From a virus: a DNA stretch of 64,000 bases. Position 1 is the stretch's first letter, and every line of letters begins with the position of its first letter. The notes under the pieces were generated by a model that made no database searches, was not told the origin of the DNA, and saw nothing but the letters and a program-made list of their open reading frames with translations. The DNA is taken from positions 32,001 through 96,000 of IMG/VR virus record IMGVR_UViG_3300009514_000888, one strand, 5' to 3'. The translations under genes and the position numbers were made by a program. Below, piece after piece: positions 6,804 through 16,383 of the stretch.

Positions 6804-6843
6804 TAGCTGGCGGAGGCCAGCGTCTCCGCCAGCTATTGTTTTT
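6804..6843. terminator. Bidirectional terminator hairpin
   Basis: Perfect 12-bp stem TAGCTGGCGGAG/CTCCGCCAGCTA with a T-rich tail, lying between convergent genes. Confidence 0.85.
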
Positions 6844-7102
6844 GAGCGGTAAATCGCTTAGCAGGACAGGCAAATTCTGGATCGCGAGTGATCGTGTGAA
6901 TCAGTTTATCTACTTTGACGCATCGGCTTGCGGTGGTTAGCCCGCCGGTTGCCTTATATCGCGGGCTGGGGTTCTTGGTTGCGTATTTACATTTACGGCA
7001 TTTGTCGCGTCGGTAGTGTATGACGGTGAGAGATACAGATGTCTTGGAGTCCGTCTTACCAACATGCTTTCCTGGTTGTCTTTTTCCGCATTTACAGGGC
7101 AT
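6833..7102 (-). CDS. Small basic Cys-rich protein
   Basis: MPCKCGK...CRKCK...C; converges on the terminator. Confidence 0.5.
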   Translation of the reverse strand: MPCKCGKRQPGKHVGKTDSKTSVSLTVIHYRRDKCRKCKYATKNPSPRYKATGGLTTASRCVKVDKLIHTITRDPEFACPAKRFTAQKQ

Positions 7103-7154
7103 ACTCTGGGTGTCGATATAAAGTTTTTAAGTTCGTTAAGACGAACCATAATTT

Positions 7155-7466
7155 GTGATAGACAAGCAATTGCAAAGCCTCGCCGTAGATTGGGCAGACA
7201 AGGTGTTCCAGGATATCTATACAGCTTGCCATAGCCCTGAGCATGTTCTTTACGGCGAATCTCTTAAGATGTACAAGATACTAAGCGACTGGGGTTGGTT
7301 TGAGTTATGTCCGATAGAGGAGGATCAGGGCGAGGCGGTTACTCGTCAATGGTTGGCTATGAACAAATATGCGAAACTTGAATGGGCAAAGCGACACCCA
7401 GGAGCCGACAAGAAAATAAAGCCCAGCAAATGGGACATTGTAACTGGCCGGGCGAAGAGGAAATGA
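7155..7466 (+). CDS. Hypothetical protein
   Basis: 103-aa ORF closely followed by the next gene. Confidence 0.65.
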   Translation: MIDKQLQSLAVDWADKVFQDIYTACHSPEHVLYGESLKMYKILSDWGWFELCPIEEDQGEAVTRQWLAMNKYAKLEWAKRHPGADKKIKPSKWDIVTGRAKRK

Positions 7467-7467
7467 T

Positions 7468-7815
7468 ATGCTGATTTACCTGATTATAGCCGTATTGTCC
7501 GCCTGTGGCTTATCGATTTTGGTGGTAGAGAAGGGCAACGACTATCCTATCCGCTTCGTTGTTCAACCTTTGCGGATGTTGCTGGAAGCAGTTCACGAGA
7601 AGACGGGGGGAGTCTTTGATTGCGGAGTATGTTTTTCGTTTTGGGCGGCATTGTTGTGTGATTGGTTGTTGTATTATGTTTTTACAGATCAGGTCTATTT
7701 TTTGTGGCCCATATCGGGCTTAGTAGCGGTATTTGTGATGTGGCTGGTTTATGAAATTCTGAATGCGTTTGACCCTCTAATGGGGGAGGATTCGGACGAG
7801 GAAGTTGGTATATAG
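7468..7815 (+). CDS. Membrane protein with CxxC (DUF1360-like)
   Basis: Hydrophobic helices and the motif FDCGVCFSFW. Confidence 0.6.
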   Translation: MLIYLIIAVLSACGLSILVVEKGNDYPIRFVVQPLRMLLEAVHEKTGGVFDCGVCFSFWAALLCDWLLYYVFTDQVYFLWPISGLVAVFVMWLVYEILNAFDPLMGEDSDEEVGI

Positions 7816-7846
7816 ATGATAGGAGAAGGTAGAGAGATTACCGTGC

Positions 7847-8551
7847 ATGAGCTTGTCATCTTTATTTTCGCGCGAGCATTACGAATCCTGGACACTAAGA
7901 GTTGCATCTAGCCTTGACGAAGTTTACAGTGCTTGGAGGTTGGTATACCGCGAATATCGCTCATTTGGGTTTCTGCATGAGAACAAATATAAGATTGTTG
8001 TTCCTCGGCATTTCAATCATGATTCGTTGGTCATACTGACCAGTATCTACCACGTAGCCATCTCAACATTAACTTGTTCTCTGGATAGCGAACATGGCTT
8101 GACTTTGGACACAGTCTTCCGGGATCAGATAGATCAACTACGAGATGACGGGAGGCATGTCGCAGAAATAGGGATGTTTGCTAGTGTTCGGGGGCATGAG
8201 GCTTATCGGTCCTTGGCCAGAGACTTGCTGGAAATGATGCGCTACTCGTACTATTACTTACGATACCAAAAAATAGATGATATTGTGGTTGGAGTTCACC
8301 CAGACCATGTATCATTTTATAAGGATGTATTTGGTCTGGACATATTTAGCGATGAGAGATCGTATGCCAGATATAGCAACAATCCTGTGGTTTTGATGAG
8401 AGCTGGGCTTCAAAACTGGTCTAAAAAAGATCATCCTGTAGTTAGATACTACGGCGACAATCGCATTCCTGAGTTACAATTCAAACATCGATATGACTTC
8501 AATCCAGTAGAGGTTCGCGATTCCGCCATAGGAAAATTCCTGGACTCTTAG
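7847..8551 (+). CDS. FeeM-like N-acyl amino acid synthase / AHL-synthase-like GNAT
   Basis: Motifs RVASSLDEVYSAWRLVYREY, STLT..LDSEHGL, AEIGMFA and VGVHPDHVSFYKDVFG. Confidence 0.7.
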   Translation: MSLSSLFSREHYESWTLRVASSLDEVYSAWRLVYREYRSFGFLHENKYKIVVPRHFNHDSLVILTSIYHVAISTLTCSLDSEHGLTLDTVFRDQIDQLRDDGRHVAEIGMFASVRGHEAYRSLARDLLEMMRYSYYYLRYQKIDDIVVGVHPDHVSFYKDVFGLDIFSDERSYARYSNNPVVLMRAGLQNWSKKDHPVVRYYGDNRIPELQFKHRYDFNPVEVRDSAIGKFLDS

Positions 8552-8585
8552 TATTAAAAGCATATCTATCGCAGGAGATTGACTA

Positions 8586-9551
8586 ATGGCTCGAAACCAG
8601 AATATGATCCTTGTAGCGTGGGCGATGCTTACAACCTCCCTGGTTGTTGTCGCTTGCACAAAAGACATGACTATTGGCGGTCCATTCGTGGATCACAATG
8701 TCCATGATAGGATTGAGAAGGTGCATGATAATCTCACCAATGCCAATGACAAGGTGAGTGAGGCGTCCAGCCATATCAAGGATGACGCTGACGCCATCAA
8801 GGATGAGGCAAACCAGGCTAGAAACAAGTTGACTCCAGAGGCCAAGCCCTCTGTGCAGCCTCATCTCGAGAACATCGTGCATAGCGCAGACCGCATCAGG
8901 GACAAGACCAAGCTGCTGGAAGAAGCGATGATTTTGTTGACGCTGGCGGATGAGGAATTACTGGAAGCCGCCGACCGCATTAAAAAGATGGAGGCGGAAG
9001 CTAAGGATGCTTATGCTGCGCGCATAGCCGCAGAGAAGGACAGGGACGAGGCATTGCAGAGAGAGAAAGAGGCGACCGGCAAGATGATCCGTTGGCTTAT
9101 TGTCATATGTATTATTGGCGTTGGGCTGGCCTTGCCTGTCGGCATATTTGGCAGTCCCTATGTTGGACTGCTCCTGGGAGCCGCCTCTATTGGCACGCTG
9201 GTTATCGCCATTACAGTCAGTCAATACTTCGACTACATCGCGATAGGCGGGTTGGTCGTCATTGGTTTGGCAGCCGCTATGGTCGCCTATAAACTGTTTG
9301 TGAGGGATAAGGCCGTCAAGGAGATCGTTCAGACGACGGAGATCGCCAAGCAGGGTATGGGCGAACAGGAGCGTCGCCGCGTTTTTGGATACAAGGCATC
9401 GCCTGGGTTGGCGTATCAGATGCAAAGCGGCTCTACCGAAAGCCTCGTCAACAGGGTTCGTCACAGAATGAAGGGCATGTGGGAAGAAACTATTGCTGGG
9501 TCCAGGGGCAGCGAGTCTCATGGCGATACATCGAACGCTTTAGCAACTTAA
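8586..9551 (+). CDS. Lipoprotein with coiled coil and C-terminal transmembrane helices
   Basis: Lipobox-like VVVA-C, long helical segment, then 3 hydrophobic segments. Confidence 0.7.
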   Translation: MARNQNMILVAWAMLTTSLVVVACTKDMTIGGPFVDHNVHDRIEKVHDNLTNANDKVSEASSHIKDDADAIKDEANQARNKLTPEAKPSVQPHLENIVHSADRIRDKTKLLEEAMILLTLADEELLEAADRIKKMEAEAKDAYAARIAAEKDRDEALQREKEATGKMIRWLIVICIIGVGLALPVGIFGSPYVGLLLGAASIGTLVIAITVSQYFDYIAIGGLVVIGLAAAMVAYKLFVRDKAVKEIVQTTEIAKQGMGEQERRRVFGYKASPGLAYQMQSGSTESLVNRVRHRMKGMWEETIAGSRGSESHGDTSNALAT

Positions 9552-9928
9552 TTATTATTCGCGTTTTCGTTCTTGATATGCTGGGTTATTCTTTCGGCTA
9601 TGCTTTTCGCCATTGATAGGGGAATACTTCCACGGGCTAGGTCACTTAATGTTTCGTCGTGATCGTCGGATATTTTGTGAACGCAAAATGGGCAGCAGCA
9701 ATGGATTTTGCTGACTTCCGGGTATGTCTTGGCGATATGATCTAGTACGTCTGTCCCCAGCCATACTTTTTTCTTGCAGTAATGGCAATGTTTTTGAACG
9801 GCCTTGGGGTTATACGGAACTGGCAAATCCTGCACCCGCACCACCATAACATATGCTGTATCGTTATCCTTTTGCATACCAGAGAATATCGTTCCTGTAA
9901 AAACACTGGAGAAAGTGAAGGTCGTCAC
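9548..9928 (-). CDS. Putative Zn-binding protein
   Basis: CHYC and CPFC motifs. Its stop overlaps the stop of the convergent gene. Confidence 0.55.
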   Translation of the reverse strand: MTTFTFSSVFTGTIFSGMQKDNDTAYVMVVRVQDLPVPYNPKAVQKHCHYCKKKVWLGTDVLDHIAKTYPEVSKIHCCCPFCVHKISDDHDETLSDLARGSIPLSMAKSIAERITQHIKNENANNN

Positions 9929-9996
9929 TTTTTTAGACGATCAAGTGATAAAGAGGAGTATATCTCATTTTCGGGGAAAGAGTAGGGCCGCAAACT

Positions 9997-10842
9997 TTGT
10001 ATAAGGAGGAACTAATGGGTTGTAGACAGTTGGACGAGGAGGCGTTGAATTGCCTCTGGAAGAGCTACCGGAAGAAGAAGGACAAAAAGAAAAAACAAAC
10101 ACTTGTAGAGCATTACTTTCCTTTTGTTCAGAAAATCGCTTACCGATTGGCAAAGAAGATCAATTGGCAAGTAGAGCCAGATGCCTTATCCAGCTTCGGA
10201 GTTGATGGGTTGTATCGGGCCATTGATGGTTATCGCCCTTCCCGTGGCGTTCGTTTCGAATCCTACGCCAATAGACGTATCCGAGGCGCAATGATAGACG
10301 GACTCCGTCGAGAGGATATGGTGCCTCGTAGCGTTCGTATCTTAGGCGAGAGGTTTGAAAGACATAAGCAGAAAATACAGAACCATCTTGGACGAAAAGT
10401 ATCCGATGTGGAAGCGTCAGACTTGTTGGGTATGGACGAATCCTACTTTCAAAGGAACTACCGCAAGTTTCTTCCTTCGGCATTTTCCAGTTTGGAAACA
10501 GGACTTGAAACTGACCAGGAAGAGTTCAAAGAGGACTGCAATATCGTCCTCAAAGACGAGAGTGATCCTCCAGGCAATCCTGCGGTTCGTAAAGAGTTCT
10601 TCAATAAACTGATGGGAGATGGATTCTCGCCTATTGAACGACGCATCGTTTGGCTCTATTACTACGAAGGGCTGACAATGGATCGCGTGTCTAAGCGAAT
10701 CAAATTATCCGAGTCTCGCGTGAGCCAGATGCACAAAGCCATGCTCCCGCGTTTGGCCGATAAGATTAAGAGAAACCCTGAATATTTTGGGGACATACAC
10801 TCTTTTATCGGCTATAGTGGCAAGGCTGGCGCGATTCGGTGA
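9997..10842 (+). CDS. Sigma-70 family factor, FliA/WhiG-like
   Basis: Motifs LVEHYFPFVQKIA, GLYRAIDGY..SRGVRFESYANRRIRGAMIDGLR and region 4 LSESRVSQMH. Confidence 0.92.
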   Translation: MYKEELMGCRQLDEEALNCLWKSYRKKKDKKKKQTLVEHYFPFVQKIAYRLAKKINWQVEPDALSSFGVDGLYRAIDGYRPSRGVRFESYANRRIRGAMIDGLRREDMVPRSVRILGERFERHKQKIQNHLGRKVSDVEASDLLGMDESYFQRNYRKFLPSAFSSLETGLETDQEEFKEDCNIVLKDESDPPGNPAVRKEFFNKLMGDGFSPIERRIVWLYYYEGLTMDRVSKRIKLSESRVSQMHKAMLPRLADKIKRNPEYFGDIHSFIGYSGKAGAIR

Positions 10843-10875
10843 TTCTCCGGAAAACTCGCAATTTGCGTCATATAG

Positions 10876-11439
10876 GTGGAAGCGGGCGATTACCGCGCTA
10901 TAGATATGATTGAGGCGAGAGTTGGAGACATTGCGTATCCCAAGTCGGTGGCTGTAGTTACACCTGCCAATGGATGCGGGATTATGTCGCGGGGCGTCGC
11001 AGCAATTTTGAGCGATGTCCGGCATGGCGGCAAAACGCTGGAACAGCAGGGCAAGGCTCTGGTGGCGAAGCGGGAGAAGCCGTTCGCGGCAGGCGAGATG
11101 TTTTTTACGGGGCCTGGAAGGCTCAGGCGACGCGGTGTGCAGCGTGTGTATCATGCTGTGTTGCAGGAGTTCCCAGGAGGATACACGAGCTTGCATTGGG
11201 TAAATCAGGCTATGAGGGCCGTCATGAAGGCGGCGGTGGATGAGGGATACGACAGCATTACCTTGCCCGCGATTGGGGCAGGGCCAGAAAGGCTTGATCC
11301 GGTATCGGTTGCCGGACAGATGACAATTGTGGCAAAGGCGTATTCTCATCTGATAGGTATCAAGTTCATCGATGCTAACGAGGTCTTTATCAACGAGATC
11401 AAAAGTCTGATAGGCATGGAACAGGAAAGTCATGAGTAG
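10876..11439 (+). CDS. Macrodomain (ADP-ribose binding/hydrolase) protein
   Basis: Motifs GDIA..VVTPANGCGIMSRGVAA, VYHAV and SITLPAIGAG. Confidence 0.85.
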   Translation: MEAGDYRAIDMIEARVGDIAYPKSVAVVTPANGCGIMSRGVAAILSDVRHGGKTLEQQGKALVAKREKPFAAGEMFFTGPGRLRRRGVQRVYHAVLQEFPGGYTSLHWVNQAMRAVMKAAVDEGYDSITLPAIGAGPERLDPVSVAGQMTIVAKAYSHLIGIKFIDANEVFINEIKSLIGMEQESHE

Positions 11440-12040
11440 CGTCCTAGATCATCCAGTATTGGTACTGAACAAGGGATGGCTTGCTATCCACATTGACACT
11501 GTTCGCGAAGCGATTGTGAAGGCGTGCAGCGGCGCGGCTAACATCATTCACGCGGACGGCGGCTATGCTCTTTACTCAATGGGAGAGTGGATGGAGCTGC
11601 CGGTCAATGAAGGGAATCGTTTCATTCAGGCAGGACATCAGAAAGTCCTGGCTCCGGTCATTATCGTTTTGACTGATTACAACGAGATTCCTTCGTTTGA
11701 AGTGAAGTTGACTCGTCGGAACATCATGATCCGCGATGGCTTTACCTGCCAGTATTCGGGTCGCAGACTGCGTCCTCGCGAAGCAACGCTCGATCACATT
11801 ATGCCGCGCTCTCGCGGCGGGCGTTCCACTTGGGAAAACCTGGTTTGCTCGCATCCGGACATCAACTTTCGTAAGGGTGACAAAACGCCGCAGGAAGCCG
11901 GGCTGACTTTGCGCAGAGTGCCATATAAGCCTGAATGGGGTCCGGCTTTCACGGCGACTGTTTCCAATGCGCCCAAAGAGTGGGAACCGTTTTTGACGAA
12001 ACGAGAGAAGGAACTGTTCTTTCCTCAAGCCGTCGCATGA
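11432..12040 (+). CDS. HNH endonuclease (McrA-like)
   Basis: Motifs VLVLN, TRRNIMIRDGFTCQYSG, TLDHIMPRSRGGRSTWENLV and KGDKTPQEAG. Confidence 0.88.
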   Translation: MSSVLDHPVLVLNKGWLAIHIDTVREAIVKACSGAANIIHADGGYALYSMGEWMELPVNEGNRFIQAGHQKVLAPVIIVLTDYNEIPSFEVKLTRRNIMIRDGFTCQYSGRRLRPREATLDHIMPRSRGGRSTWENLVCSHPDINFRKGDKTPQEAGLTLRRVPYKPEWGPAFTATVSNAPKEWEPFLTKREKELFFPQAVA

Positions 12041-12732
12041 TCAGAAAACGGATCAAAAGTCAGAAAATCGGGTATCGCGGTTCAATCAAAGGCTGGAACA
12101 ACGCTTTAGCGGATGTTCCAGCCTTTATCCTTGGCAACTGTCCCTTTCTGCTTGAGCATGATCTGGGCTTGCTTCGTCATGAATTCTCGATAGGCATCAA
12201 TCGCGTATTCTACCACTTTGATCCGACCATTCTAATGTGGCAGGACCCGGAGCTGTGGTATACAGAGAAATCGAGAATTCCCAAGTTGGAAGCCATTAAG
12301 TTTTGCCGCGATAGTGCAGATGTACAGGGGAGGTTCCTGCATTTTAAGTTGACAGGCAATGGTTTTCAAATGCCAGAGAATCCATCAGTTCTTCATGGGC
12401 GTGGATCGACAGGCCCGCTGGCATTTGAACTGGCATATCTTTTAGGATGTAATCCTATTATTTTGCTTGGCATGTCTTGCCGATATTATGATGGTAAGAC
12501 GGATTTTTATGGAAAAAACCCGTCTCATAAGCCCCATACGTTGCGCAATTGTAGACGCGGACTATATTGGGTAAAGAAATGCGAAAGGCTTGGACGACGA
12601 ATCATCAATTGCTCTCCCAACAATGTGTTCGAAGAAACATTATCATTGGAACAGGCGATTGCAGAGATGGGAAAGAGGCCACCTCAGAACCGCCAAAGCC
12701 TCATCAAGCGTCTTTTGAAATCAAAAAAGTAA
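12037..12732 (+). CDS. DUF115/MAF-like (glycosylation-associated) protein
   Basis: Motifs FILGNCP, IGINR and STGPLAFELAYLLGCNPIILLGM. ATGA-coupled start at 12037. Confidence 0.6.
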   Translation: MIRKRIKSQKIGYRGSIKGWNNALADVPAFILGNCPFLLEHDLGLLRHEFSIGINRVFYHFDPTILMWQDPELWYTEKSRIPKLEAIKFCRDSADVQGRFLHFKLTGNGFQMPENPSVLHGRGSTGPLAFELAYLLGCNPIILLGMSCRYYDGKTDFYGKNPSHKPHTLRNCRRGLYWVKKCERLGRRIINCSPNNVFEETLSLEQAIAEMGKRPPQNRQSLIKRLLKSKK

Positions 12733-12906
12733 TCAGCCGCTATCAGATGGCCTAGTGTTGGGGAAAAAAAATCACTTGCTAACGTGGCATTCCTTATCGA
12801 GTTACAAATGTGCTCACAGAAAGTTCGGTTAACTCAAAAGGAATCAAACAGCGGGAAGTGAACTAGGTCAGATATATATTCGGACCATTAGGATTAGGAG
12901 AAATCT

Positions 12907-15900
12907 GTGCCTGACATATCAGTAAAGAAACGAAATGGTCGTCTCGAAAAACTCAATTTAGACAAAATCAATCGTTGTGTTCAGCGCGCTTGCGATGACG
13001 TAGAGGCGGTTTCGGCGAGCGAGGTTATACTGGATGCCCAGGTGCAGCTTTATAACAAGATTACCACAACCGAAATTGATAAAGCGCTTATTTTATCCGC
13101 CAGAAGTAAAATCGAGAAAGACCCCAACTATTCCACGGTTGCCGCTCGACTACTCCTCAATACCATATACAAAGAAGTCTTTGGAGAAGGCGTCGATAGC
13201 GATGTCTTCGACATGCAATATCACAAGTCGTTCGTGACAAATCTCAAGAATTTGGTTAAAGTTGGGCGTATTGATGCAGAGCTGTTGAAATTCGACCTGA
13301 ATCGCCTTGCGAAGGCGCTGGATACGCGCAGGGATCATTTGTGGAACTATTTGGGTATCCAGACGGTCTACGACAGATACCTGTTACACATCAACGGACG
13401 GCGTATGGAGACTCCGCAGGGATTTTGGATGCGAGTTGCGATGGGACTGGCGATTAACGAAGAAGATCGGGAAACCAAGGCTATCGAATTCTATGATGCT
13501 CTATCTCGCAATTTATGCCTTTCTGGCACGCCGACATTGTTTAATAGCGGCACCGTTCATCCTCAGCTGAGTAGTTGTTATCTTTCAAGCGTTGACGACT
13601 CGATTAACGGTATTTTCGGAACGATACATAACCAAGCATGTTTGTCCAAATTTGCTGGCGGACTGGGAGTAGACTGGACTCCTATCCGCGGGACCGGCTC
13701 TTATATTCGAGGAACCAATGGCAAAAGCCAGGGCTTAGTGCCGTGGCTTAAAATCTTTAACGATACGTTGGTCGCAGTCAATCAATGCTTTGATCCTGAG
13801 ACACATGTATTTACGGGCAAGGGTATAAAGCAAATGAAAGATGTTGAGAAAGGCGATTTTATACTTTCCGGAAATGGCGAACAATGCGAAGTTGAACAGG
13901 TGATGTTTTATGAGCAGAATGATAGCATGGTCGAAATCGATGTTGAGCATTCTGTTGACAAGATGAGGGTCACTTCTGGTCATCCGCTTTTGGCTTTACG
14001 CAATGTTCCAGTAGAAGTTGAGAACGATAGGACTTATAGGAGGTTGGATAAGGGAATGATCGCGACGGAATGGGTCGAGGCAGGCGACTTGAAACAGGGC
14101 GATTATGTCGCATTCCCCATACCGCAAGAGACATTGAAGGTGGATGGATTTGCGGATGAAGATGCTTATCTGTATGGATTGATGCTAGGAGACGACCATG
14201 CCTCCATAGATCAAGACGAACGTGGAGTATCCTTTCGCCAAGATACCGCAAATGGCAGTTTGCCGTTTGATTATGATGATTTATATGACAAAGATCATAA
14301 CAAAAGAATATCTGCGAAATTCATGCACCTTCCTAGACCTCAGTCTTTGCAGATGATCAAGGGATTGCTGGATTCGGATGAAAATCTGTCTATAGGAGAC
14401 GAGATAATCTTTGGCAATGCTTCTAGATTACTAGTGGAAGGCATGAGGTATCAGCTTCTTCGTATGGGGATACCGTCTGCTGGTAATAAAAGAGAAAGAA
14501 ATTATGATCCTGAATTTCCTTGCAGCGATGGCCCAGCGGTCGCCGCGAAAGGAACGACGGTTGTTTATGATTTAAGAATTCCAGCTGTTCAGGAGATTGC
14601 AGATTTGGTAGGGTCTAAAGTGTTGACTAAGCCAAACTGGTTACGTGTTCATAACTTGATATTAAGTAGAGTGAAGTCTGTAAATCCAATGGACAAATTG
14701 CCAGTGGTAGTTGATCTGAAGATAAAACGAGATGAGACGTACGTGACCAGCTCTGGATTAGCTCATAATGGCGGTAGGCGGAAGGGGGCAGGATGCGCTT
14801 ATTTAGAGACATGGCATTGCGATCTTGAGGACTTTTTGGAGTTACGTAAAAATACCGGCGATGATCGTCGGCGTTGTCATGATATGCATATGGCCAACTG
14901 GATTCCTGATGAATTTATGCGCCGCGTTCAGGGAGATGAGCAGTGGTATCTTTTCAGCCCAAGCGACACTCCCGATCTACATGATCTATTTGGGAAAGAG
15001 TTCGATAAGGCATACAAGCTATACTGCAAGCAGGCGGATGCTGGGGAAATCCCCAGTAGGATAGTTCCCGCCAAACATCTTTGGAAGAAGATGCTACGGT
15101 CTTTATATGAAACTGGACACCCGTGGATGACCTGGAAAGACCCGTCTAACATTCGCTATCCCAATCAGCATGTGGGGACGGTTCATTCGTCTAACTTGTG
15201 TACCGAAATCCTCTTGCACACTAAGGCGACTAAGTATGGAGACACAGGCGAGGTTGAGGAAATCGGAGAGACAGCTGTGTGTAACTTAAGTAGTCTCAAC
15301 TTGGCAGCTCATATCGAAAATGGTAATATGAACTGGGATTTGCTTCAAAAAACCATTGGCACAGCAATGCGAATGCTCGATAATGTCATTGATATTAACT
15401 ACTATCCGACCAAAGAATCTCGCAAGTCCAATACGACTCATCGCCCTGTCGGACTGGGAATTATGGGCTTTCATGACATGCTTCATCTGTTGGGTATCAC
15501 TTATGATTCAAATGAGGCCGTTGAACTTTCTGGGCAGGTGCAAGAGTTTGTTTCGTACCACGCCATTTTGAACTCTAGCAAGTTGGCCAAGGAGCGCGGG
15601 ACGTACCGCACTTACGAAGGCTCGACCTGGGATCAGGGGTTGCTGCCTATCGACACTTATCGAGAGTTGATCAAATATCGTGGCAATGAAGATGCTACAA
15701 TAGTTCAACGGCTGGATTGGAGTGAAGTTAAAGATCACGTAGCGCAGCATGGTATGCGTAACTCGAATACGATGGCAATTGCTCCAACCGCTACAATTAG
15801 TTATATCGCCGGATGCTCGCAAAGTATCGAGCCAGACTTTGGCGTTCTTTACGTTTATACGACGCTATCCGGCGAATTTACAATGGCGAACCGCTTCTTC

Positions 15901-16371
15901 GCAGACGATATGAAAAGGCTAGGATTGTGGGGCAAGGACTTGATCGATGCTCTTAAGGTTGTGGATGGAGATATCGATCAACTGAACCTCCCTGAGGATA
16001 TTAAGCACAAGTATAAGTCAGCTTTTCATATGCCACCTGAGCGGCTCATCGACTGCGCTGCCGCCAGGCAACAGTGGATTGATCAGGGGCAGAGTCTTAA
16101 CCTATATGCTGATACGACCAGCATGAAGTACCTGCATGATATGTATATGTATGCCTGGCAAAAATGCCTGAAAACAACCTATTATTTGCGGGCGAAGGCA
16201 GCCAGCCGCATTGAGAAATCTACTGGCTCTAAAAATGGCAATGGGTATCTCAAGGTAAATGGCAATGGCAATGGCAATGGCCAAGAGCCGCAGGAGAACG
16301 TATTGACTGATGGCGATGTTTGTTCGACGGAATCTCGCATGCGCGGCGAGATTTGTGAAGCATGTCAATAA
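12907..16371 (+). CDS. nrdA: Ribonucleotide reductase class Ia alpha subunit with ATP cone and one intein
   Basis: ATP cone VKKRNG, TPTLFN, SSCY, SNLCTEI, VCNL, PTATIS and TTYY. About 826 aa after intein removal. Confidence 0.97.
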   Translation: MPDISVKKRNGRLEKLNLDKINRCVQRACDDVEAVSASEVILDAQVQLYNKITTTEIDKALILSARSKIEKDPNYSTVAARLLLNTIYKEVFGEGVDSDVFDMQYHKSFVTNLKNLVKVGRIDAELLKFDLNRLAKALDTRRDHLWNYLGIQTVYDRYLLHINGRRMETPQGFWMRVAMGLAINEEDRETKAIEFYDALSRNLCLSGTPTLFNSGTVHPQLSSCYLSSVDDSINGIFGTIHNQACLSKFAGGLGVDWTPIRGTGSYIRGTNGKSQGLVPWLKIFNDTLVAVNQCFDPETHVFTGKGIKQMKDVEKGDFILSGNGEQCEVEQVMFYEQNDSMVEIDVEHSVDKMRVTSGHPLLALRNVPVEVENDRTYRRLDKGMIATEWVEAGDLKQGDYVAFPIPQETLKVDGFADEDAYLYGLMLGDDHASIDQDERGVSFRQDTANGSLPFDYDDLYDKDHNKRISAKFMHLPRPQSLQMIKGLLDSDENLSIGDEIIFGNASRLLVEGMRYQLLRMGIPSAGNKRERNYDPEFPCSDGPAVAAKGTTVVYDLRIPAVQEIADLVGSKVLTKPNWLRVHNLILSRVKSVNPMDKLPVVVDLKIKRDETYVTSSGLAHNGGRRKGAGCAYLETWHCDLEDFLELRKNTGDDRRRCHDMHMANWIPDEFMRRVQGDEQWYLFSPSDTPDLHDLFGKEFDKAYKLYCKQADAGEIPSRIVPAKHLWKKMLRSLYETGHPWMTWKDPSNIRYPNQHVGTVHSSNLCTEILLHTKATKYGDTGEVEEIGETAVCNLSSLNLAAHIENGNMNWDLLQKTIGTAMRMLDNVIDINYYPTKESRKSNTTHRPVGLGIMGFHDMLHLLGITYDSNEAVELSGQVQEFVSYHAILNSSKLAKERGTYRTYEGSTWDQGLLPIDTYRELIKYRGNEDATIVQRLDWSEVKDHVAQHGMRNSNTMAIAPTATISYIAGCSQSIEPDFGVLYVYTTLSGEFTMANRFFADDMKRLGLWGKDLIDALKVVDGDIDQLNLPEDIKHKYKSAFHMPPERLIDCAAARQQWIDQGQSLNLYADTTSMKYLHDMYMYAWQKCLKTTYYLRAKAASRIEKSTGSKNGNGYLKVNGNGNGNGQEPQENVLTDGDVCSTESRMRGEICEACQ
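13786..14769 (+). mobile_element. Intein in NrdA (328 aa, degenerate LAGLIDADG), C-extein begins with Gly
   Basis: VAVNQ|CFDPETHV...SSGLAHN|GGRRKGA; removal restores the NQGGRRKGA loop. Confidence 0.9.
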
Positions 16372-16383
16372 AAAGGGCTGGCC

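Noticed and set aside
12733-12906. NrdR box upstream of nrdA
   Set aside because: The GATATATATT segment does not match the palindromic NrdR consensus well enough.
410-16280. (GGCAAT)n repeats encoding GNGNG in both the SNase gene (about 410-428) and the NrdA tail (about 16258-16280)
   Set aside because: They are short slippage repeats in flexible regions, with no sign of a shared function.
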